64,000 bases of DNA from Vulcanimicrobiota bacterium (lineage in GTDB: Bacteria; Vulcanimicrobiota; Xenobia; Xenobiales; JADMJV01): positions 128,001 through 192,000 of the forward strand of contig JBFWNU010000005.1 of the NCBI GenBank assembly GCA_050250895.1. Reading direction: 5' to 3'. Within the stretch, counting starts at the first letter, position 1; the number at the start of each line of letters is the position of its first letter. A program made the position numbers and the translations under genes. Below are positions 57,914 to 64,000 of the stretch, piece by piece. The notes beneath the pieces were generated by a model, which saw nothing but the letters and a program-made list of their open reading frames with translations, had not been told where the DNA came from and ran no database searches.

Positions 57914-58757
57914 ATTCGAAGAAGCCCTTTCCACTCTTGCGGCCGAGTCGCCCCGCAGCCACCATCGCTCGCAGCCGCGGGGCCGGCTCGAAACGTTGGG
58001 GATCGACCCGTTCGGCCAGGATCTCGAGGGTGTTGAGCACGGTGTCCAGGCCGATCAGATCGGCCGTAGCCAGGGGTCCTTCAGCGTGACCGAAGCAGCC
58101 GCGAAAGAGCCTGTCGATTCCGTCGGCTTCGGCCCTTCCCTCGTCGAGCACCCGGATTGCTTCATTGAGGGTCAGCATCAGGACCCGGTTGGAGACAAAG
58201 CCCGCGCCGTCCTTCACACTCACCCACTGCTTGCCCAGGCTCTCGAGAAAGTCGTGAGCTTGCGACAAGGTAGCCGGACTGGTGGAGGGCGCCTCGATCA
58301 GCTCGACCCAACCGTTGAGATGGACCGGATTCATGAAATGGATGCCGACCAGTCGCTCGGGCCTGGCCAGCAGTGAGCCAAGCTCGGCAATGGGAAGCGC
58401 CGAGGTGTTGGCGGCCAACATAGCCTGGGGACAGAAGCGGTCGAAAAGAGGATAGAGTTCAGCTTTGAGTGCCCAGTCTTCGGTGATATTCTCGACCACT
58501 ACCGAACATTCCGAGAGCAGCTCGAGTGAGGTCGCAGACTGAACCCTCCCCAGGATTCGAGAGGCATCCTGGCTATCGTCGAGCCCGAAGAATCGCCGAA
58601 ATCGCAGTTGTCGGGCCATGCCGGCCAGGCTGCCCTCGAGCTGGCTGGCCCGGTCATCCACCAGCCTGACCTGATGACCTCGCAGGCAGGCGCACAGAGC
58701 GACCCCGCTACCGATCACGCCGGCTCCCACCACACCAACACACAACACCACCGTCAA
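57903..58757 (-). CDS. 3-hydroxyacyl-ACP dehydrogenase (FkbK/ZmaG-like)
   Basis: GAGVIG, ENITE, IHFMNP, GFVSNRVL. Confidence 0.9.
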   Translation of the reverse strand: MTVVLCVGVVGAGVIGSGVALCACLRGHQVRLVDDRASQLEGSLAGMARQLRFRRFFGLDDSQDASRILGRVQSATSLELLSECSVVVENITEDWALKAELYPLFDRFCPQAMLAANTSALPIAELGSLLARPERLVGIHFMNPVHLNGWVELIEAPSTSPATLSQAHDFLESLGKQWVSVKDGAGFVSNRVLMLTLNEAIRVLDEGRAEADGIDRLFRGCFGHAEGPLATADLIGLDTVLNTLEILAERVDPQRFEPAPRLRAMVAAGRLGRKSGKGFFEYEN

Positions 58758-58829
58758 GCCTACGCCCAGCGCCGGGCAACTCCTTTTTCCCCGAAAGGAC
58801 TTCGGGGTCCAAGCAGAGTAACGGCCAGA

Positions 58830-61800
58830 ATGCGGGGCCTAGGGGAACTAACACCGGAACAGCGCCAACTCTTTGATCGGCTGTTGGCCCAAACCAACGA
58901 CCATCGCCTGCGCCCGCGCCCGTCGGGCGAAACGCCGCTCTCCTACGCTCAAGAACGCATTTACTTTCTGGAACAACTCGGCCCTCAGAGCACGGCCTAC
59001 ACGGTGGCCTGGGGCTTTGACGTGGTGGGGCCCCTCGACTGCGGGTGTCTCAAAGAGGCCTTCCGGCGGTTGCGCGACCGCCACGAGATCTTGCGGGCCC
59101 GCTGTGTAAAAACCTCGACCGGTGCCCGTCTCGAGTTCGAGCCACCCGGGCCGGTCGAGGTTCTCGAGTTGGACCTGCGAGGTCTGGCCCGAGACGAGGT
59201 AACCACCCGAGCCACCGAGTTGATTCGCGCCCCCTTTGAGCTCACCGCCGGCAGCTTGTCCCGGCTCAGCTTGATCCGGGTCGGCCCAGACGAGCACGTG
59301 CTGCTCTTGCACTCCCACCACCTGATCGTGGATAGCTGGTCGGCCAAGGTGATTTTGCGCGAACTGGGTTCGGTTTATGCCGCCCTGGTCCAGGCCCGCG
59401 AGCCGGCTCTAGAGCCTCTCCCCTTGAGTTATAGCGACTTTGCCTTCTGGCAGCGTCAGCGCCAGCAGAACTGGGCCCAGGAGATCGCCTATTGGAAAGA
59501 GGCTCTGGCCGGGGCACCCACATGCCTGACTCTACCGACCGATCATTCTCGCCCTGCCTTTCGCAGTTATCGCGGTCAGAAGCACCACTTTCGGGTGGAC
59601 TCGGCCCTGGCCGACCAGTTGGCCGAGTCGGCCCGGCAAGGCGGGGTGACGCTCTTTAGCCTGCTACTGGCCTTGTTTGGCGCTTATCTTGGCCGCTTGA
59701 GCGGTCAGTCCGAGGTGGTGATAGGGGCAGCTCTCTCGGATCGCTTTCCGGCCGAGACCGAAGCGATGGTGGGGTCGTTCGCCCACTTGCTCCCCTTGCT
59801 GTGTGGCTGTGGGCCCGACGAGACTTTAGCCGACCTATTGCCTCGAGTTCGCCAGACGGTGGCCGGAGCGTTAGCCCACAAAGAGGTGCCTTTCGAGCGT
59901 CTGGTCGATGAGTTGGCCCCGCCTCGCAATCTCGACCACGATCCCATTTTTCAGGTCATGTTCGTGCTTCACGAGGACCCCCTGGAAGAAGAGCTGCACC
60001 TGCTCGGCTGTCAGGTCCGGCGACGGGTACTGGAAAAGGGTGGCTCGCGTTTTGACCTGATGCTCGAGATGGTGGACGGTGAGAACGAGCTATTCGGATG
60101 GTTCGAGTATAGTCTGGACCTTTTCGAGCCGGCCACCATCGCCGCCATGACCGAGCAGTTCTGGTTGCTGGTCGCGGGGGCCCTGGCCGCGCCTGAGGCC
60201 CCTCTGGCCGACCTGCCCCTGGTGCCCCCTTCCCAGCCCGAGCCATCGCTTGGGCCCGCTCTCGCGATCGATCCCGAAGTGCGGGTGGAAAGCTTGATTG
60301 CGAGCCAGGCCGCACTTCGACCTGAGCAGCTGGCGGTAGACCAGCTGACCTATGCCCAACTCGCCGAGCAGGTCCAAGTCAGGGCCGCCAGCCTCTTGAG
60401 CCAGGGTCTGGCGGCCGGACAACTGGTGAGCCTCAGCTCCTACAAAAATTCCCAGCTGCTGGTGAGTATGCTGGCGGTGTGGAGGTGCCAGGCTTCGTTC
60501 TTGCCGCTCGGTCCCGACTGGCCCGCTCGCCGGCGGCAGGCGGTGGTGGCGGCCTCGGGCTGTCACTGGCAGTGGGAACAGGAGGTCTGGCGGGCTGGCC
60601 CGGGTGGGTCCCCTTTCGACTCCAGCCGGGCTTATGCCATGGCGACCTCGGGCTCGAGCGGCCTGCCTAAGGTGGTGGCGGTCAGCCATCGGTCGCTGGC
60701 AAACCTCTTGCTGTCGATGGCCGATGAACCCGGTTTTGGGCCCGACGATAGCCTCCTGAGCGTGACCACTCCCACTTTCGACATCGCCTTGCTAGAGTTC
60801 TTCTTGCCCCTGGTGGCCGGCGGTTCGGTCCAGTTATTACCTGACGAGATCCGAGGGGGTTGTGGTTTGCGGCAGGCTCTCGAGCGAGGCCAGCCCAGCG
60901 TGGTGCAAGCTACGCCAACCATGTGGCGGATGCTGCTCGAAACCGGTTGGCGGCCCACGAACGGGCTAAAGATCTTGTGCGGCGGCGAGGGCCTCTCGCG
61001 CCAGCTGGCCGGGCAGCTGCTAGGGGCCGACTCACTTTGGAACCTCTATGGTCCCACCGAAACCACCGTCTGGTCGACTCTGCACAGGGTCCAGAGCGCC
61101 GACCGGGAGCCACCCATCGGGCGGCCCATCGCAAACACCCGCATCGAGATCCGAGATGATCGAGGACGGCCCGTTCCGCGAGGAGTGGTCGGCGAGATCT
61201 GCATTAGCGGTCTGGGGGTGGCTCAAGCCTATCTCGGTGGCGATGAGCTCGCTCGCGAAGGGTTCTATCATACTGGTGACCTGGGCTGCTGGGATCGCCA
61301 CGGACAGCTCCACTTCGCAGGACGCCGCGACCAACAGGTCAAGGTCAGGGGCGTGCGCATCGAGTTGGCCGAAGTCGAGCATGCGCTACTCGGTCACCCG
61401 GGCATCAGCAGCGCCGCGGTGGTTGCCCGCCAGGATGAACTGGTGGCCTTTCTGGTTGGCGACCCGGCTCCGGCCAACGTCCTTCAGGCCTATCTGCGAG
61501 GCCGCCTGCCCGAGGCCTTCGTGCCCTCGACCTTCCACTTTCTCGAAAAGTTTCCGACCACCGCCAATGGCAAGCTCGACCGGCGGGCGCTCGACGCCAC
61601 CGGCGGCCCACCCGCTCCGGCCGGCAGCACCTATCGGGCTCCCCAGACCCCCACCGAGGCCCGGGTGGTGGAACTCTACGAGGCGACCTTGCAGCGGCAG
61701 CCGGTGGGCTGCGAACATGACTTCTTCGCCCTGGGAGGACACTCGTTGCTGGCCATTTCGCTGGCCAGTCGTCTTGAGACGGCATTCGAGCTGACTTTCC

Positions 61801-61928
61801 CTCTGCGCAAGGTCTTCGAGCTGGGCACGCCAGCACGCGTTGCCGGCTGGCTCGAACAGCAGATTCTGCTCGAGATCGAAGCGATGAGCGAAGAAGAAGC
61901 CAGCCATCTGGCCTTCGGTCATGGATAG
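58830..61928 (+). CDS. NRPS module C-A(Gly)-PCP
   Basis: HHLIVDSWS; specificity code read by eye as DILQLGLVWK; GGHSL. Confidence 0.88.
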   Translation: MRGLGELTPEQRQLFDRLLAQTNDHRLRPRPSGETPLSYAQERIYFLEQLGPQSTAYTVAWGFDVVGPLDCGCLKEAFRRLRDRHEILRARCVKTSTGARLEFEPPGPVEVLELDLRGLARDEVTTRATELIRAPFELTAGSLSRLSLIRVGPDEHVLLLHSHHLIVDSWSAKVILRELGSVYAALVQAREPALEPLPLSYSDFAFWQRQRQQNWAQEIAYWKEALAGAPTCLTLPTDHSRPAFRSYRGQKHHFRVDSALADQLAESARQGGVTLFSLLLALFGAYLGRLSGQSEVVIGAALSDRFPAETEAMVGSFAHLLPLLCGCGPDETLADLLPRVRQTVAGALAHKEVPFERLVDELAPPRNLDHDPIFQVMFVLHEDPLEEELHLLGCQVRRRVLEKGGSRFDLMLEMVDGENELFGWFEYSLDLFEPATIAAMTEQFWLLVAGALAAPEAPLADLPLVPPSQPEPSLGPALAIDPEVRVESLIASQAALRPEQLAVDQLTYAQLAEQVQVRAASLLSQGLAAGQLVSLSSYKNSQLLVSMLAVWRCQASFLPLGPDWPARRRQAVVAASGCHWQWEQEVWRAGPGGSPFDSSRAYAMATSGSSGLPKVVAVSHRSLANLLLSMADEPGFGPDDSLLSVTTPTFDIALLEFFLPLVAGGSVQLLPDEIRGGCGLRQALERGQPSVVQATPTMWRMLLETGWRPTNGLKILCGGEGLSRQLAGQLLGADSLWNLYGPTETTVWSTLHRVQSADREPPIGRPIANTRIEIRDDRGRPVPRGVVGEICISGLGVAQAYLGGDELAREGFYHTGDLGCWDRHGQLHFAGRRDQQVKVRGVRIELAEVEHALLGHPGISSAAVVARQDELVAFLVGDPAPANVLQAYLRGRLPEAFVPSTFHFLEKFPTTANGKLDRRALDATGGPPAPAGSTYRAPQTPTEARVVELYEATLQRQPVGCEHDFFALGGHSLLAISLASRLETAFELTFPLRKVFELGTPARVAGWLEQQILLEIEAMSEEEASHLAFGHG

Positions 61929-64000
61929 CCAGCTGTCGCCGGCCAAGCGAGCGCTGCTAGCCCGCCGACTACAAGGTCGCTCCCAGCGCTCACCAGACGG
62001 CCTGACCGCGAGCCCGCTGGCCTCGCGGGGCATGGAGAGGCTGTGGTTCTTGCACCGGCTCGAACAGCAGGCGCCGATCTATAACATCTATTGTCACTAC
62101 CGGATTCGCGGTCAGCTTGAGATAGAACGCCTCAGCCGTGCCTGGAGCGAACTGGTCGAACGCCATGCGGCCCTGCGAACTCGGCTGGTGGAAGCGGGCG
62201 ACCAGCTCTTGCGCCAACCATGTCCAGCGCCCCGACTGGCTCTGATGGACCAGCCCCAAGACCTGGCCCAGGCGCTGCGGGCCTTGCGGCGCGAGCCGTT
62301 TGACCCGGCCACCGGACCCCTGGCCCGAGCGGCGCTGACGCCGGTGGGTCCCGACCATCATGTGCTGACCATGGTGCTCCACCATATCATCTGTGACGGC
62401 TGGTCGTTGCGGCTGCTCGAGCGCGAACTGGGGGCTCTGTATTCGGGCCAAATCCTGCCGCCGCTAGAGGCCGACTATGGTCACTTCGTGGCCTGGCAGG
62501 CAAGCCATGACGAAGGGCGGGAGCTTGCCTACTGGCACGAGCGCCTGGCCTGTCCGACGCGCTGCGAGGTGCCCACCGACCTGGGCCGCCCGGCCCGCTC
62601 GGACTACGCTTGCAGGCAGCTACGCCGACCGGTAGCGGCCCCGGCTTTGCGCCAACTCGCCCAGGGCTACCGGACCACCATCTTCACGCTCATCCTGGCC
62701 GCCTTCAAGGCCACCCTGTGTGCCTGGGTGGGAAGCAGCGATATCCTGGTGGGAACGCCCATGGCCGGTCGCTTGCAGCCCGCTTTCGAGAGCCTGGTGG
62801 GCTTTTTCGTCAACACCCTGGTGTTGCGGACCTGCCTGGACGGCGATCCCACCTTCGCAGAGGTGATTGAGCGGGTGGGTGAGACGGTCTTGCAGGCCCA
62901 CGAGCATCAGCGGCTGCCCTTCGAGCGGTTGGTACGCGAAATAAAGCCTGACCGCGACAGCGGCCGCAACCCGCTCTTTTCGGTGATGTTCGTGGGCGAA
63001 GACGGCCCTCGTCAGGTTGTGCCCCTGGTCGGGCTCGAGGTCGAGCCGCTCGAACTCGAGCGAGAGGCCCTGCCTTATGACCTCGAAGCCCGTTTCACCG
63101 ACCTGGGGGAGCAGCTGGTGCTAGCCATCGACTACGATCCAGCCCTCTATGCCGAAACGACCGTCAAAGACTTGCTCGAGCATTTTGCCCAGGTTCTCGA
63201 ACGCCTCGGGACTGCCTCCGAACTCCCCCTATCTCGATGGGGCGCCCTGCCATCGGCCTATCTCGAGAGTTTGAACGAGCGCCTGTCGGGGCCGGTGGTG
63301 GCTCACCCCGGCGGGTGTCTCCACCACCGTTTCGAGCAGCAGGCGCGGTCCACGCCCGAAGCGGTCGCCGTGGTCGACGAGGGCCGCCAGTATAGCTATC
63401 AAGAACTCAACCAGGCGGCCAACCGGCTGGCCCATCGCTTATTGCGCCAGGGCGCCGGCCCGGGGCGGGTGGTGGCCCTGCCCCAGCCCCGTGGCTACTC
63501 GGCCCTGGTGAGCATTCTAGGCATTCTCAAGACTGGCGCGGCCTATCTCCCCCTCGACCCGCAACTGCCGGAGGCCGTGGTGGCCGACCGCCTGGCCGAC
63601 AGCCAGGCCCTGGTGCTTGAGCTAGAGGCTTTCGATGGCCCCGTCAACGACCCGCCTCCGGCCGGCCGGGCCCAAGACATTCTCTGCATTCTCTATACTT
63701 CGGCCTCGAGCGGCCCGGCCAAGCGGATAGCCTGCCCTCACCGGGGGGCCGTCCATCGTCTGGATTGGGGCAGCCGTGAGTTGCCGCTCGCTCCCGACGA
63801 GGTGGTCGGTCAACGCGCCAGCCTGGGCTTTGTGGACTCGATTGCCGAGCTCTTTTCGCCGCTTTTGAGTGGGGCTCGGCTGGTGTTTTTGCCCGAACTC
63901 GACTCTTTGTCGCGGTGGACCGCCCAGCTTCGCCGTCAGCGAGTAACCCGCTTGCTGGTGGTGCCCAGCCTGCTGGCTACTCTGCTTGAGTCAAGCCTCG
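61921..64000 (+). CDS. NRPS C-A (beta-Ala-type), runs off window
   Basis: MDSQLSPAKRALL; HHIICDGWS; YTSASSGPAK; FVDSIAELF. Confidence 0.88.
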   Translation, partial: MDSQLSPAKRALLARRLQGRSQRSPDGLTASPLASRGMERLWFLHRLEQQAPIYNIYCHYRIRGQLEIERLSRAWSELVERHAALRTRLVEAGDQLLRQPCPAPRLALMDQPQDLAQALRALRREPFDPATGPLARAALTPVGPDHHVLTMVLHHIICDGWSLRLLERELGALYSGQILPPLEADYGHFVAWQASHDEGRELAYWHERLACPTRCEVPTDLGRPARSDYACRQLRRPVAAPALRQLAQGYRTTIFTLILAAFKATLCAWVGSSDILVGTPMAGRLQPAFESLVGFFVNTLVLRTCLDGDPTFAEVIERVGETVLQAHEHQRLPFERLVREIKPDRDSGRNPLFSVMFVGEDGPRQVVPLVGLEVEPLELEREALPYDLEARFTDLGEQLVLAIDYDPALYAETTVKDLLEHFAQVLERLGTASELPLSRWGALPSAYLESLNERLSGPVVAHPGGCLHHRFEQQARSTPEAVAVVDEGRQYSYQELNQAANRLAHRLLRQGAGPGRVVALPQPRGYSALVSILGILKTGAAYLPLDPQLPEAVVADRLADSQALVLELEAFDGPVNDPPPAGRAQDILCILYTSASSGPAKRIACPHRGAVHRLDWGSRELPLAPDEVVGQRASLGFVDSIAELFSPLLSGARLVFLPELDSLSRWTAQLRRQRVTRLLVVPSLLATLLESSL

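Noticed and set aside
44395-64000. Colibactin, saxitoxin or bleomycin cluster
   Set aside because: Only partial analogies. FkbH is present rather than an aminomalonyl route; no ClbP, SxtA or sugar genes are seen in the window.

Overview
GC-rich (roughly 65-68% by eye), gene-dense bacterial window with no rRNA, tRNA, CRISPR, transposase or integrase seen. Gene style suggests Ca. Eremiobacterota/Vulcanimicrobiota; this is inference only. Layout: 0-9 kb beta-propeller proteins, two pseudokinase-WD40 proteins and an M28-like peptidase. 9-13 kb a coupled operon of an unknown protein, two tandem DUF2791/BrxD-type P-loop ATPases and a receiver protein. 13-18 kb a 1671-aa membrane-anchored protein with four internal domain repeats. 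18-33 kb Usp/ArsB-NhaD transporter, PilX/V/W-like minor pilins, GH13, GT4, Pit, crotonase and an SdpA/SdpB-like pair. 33.5-41.7 kb six dispersed pilin-head paralogs lacking prepilin signals; all five of their transcription units begin with an exact TGAACC-N16-CGTA ECF-type promoter 8-9 nt from the start codon. 44.4-64 kb the start of a hybrid NRPS-PKS cluster: sulfotransferase-A-PCP, amidinotransferase-fold protein, carbamoyltransferase, ClbK-like KS-AT-ACP-Cy-A-PCP-Ox, an inverted FkbH/I/J/K cassette, and Gly and beta-Ala-type modules; it runs off the window. All calls come from motif reading, not database searches.
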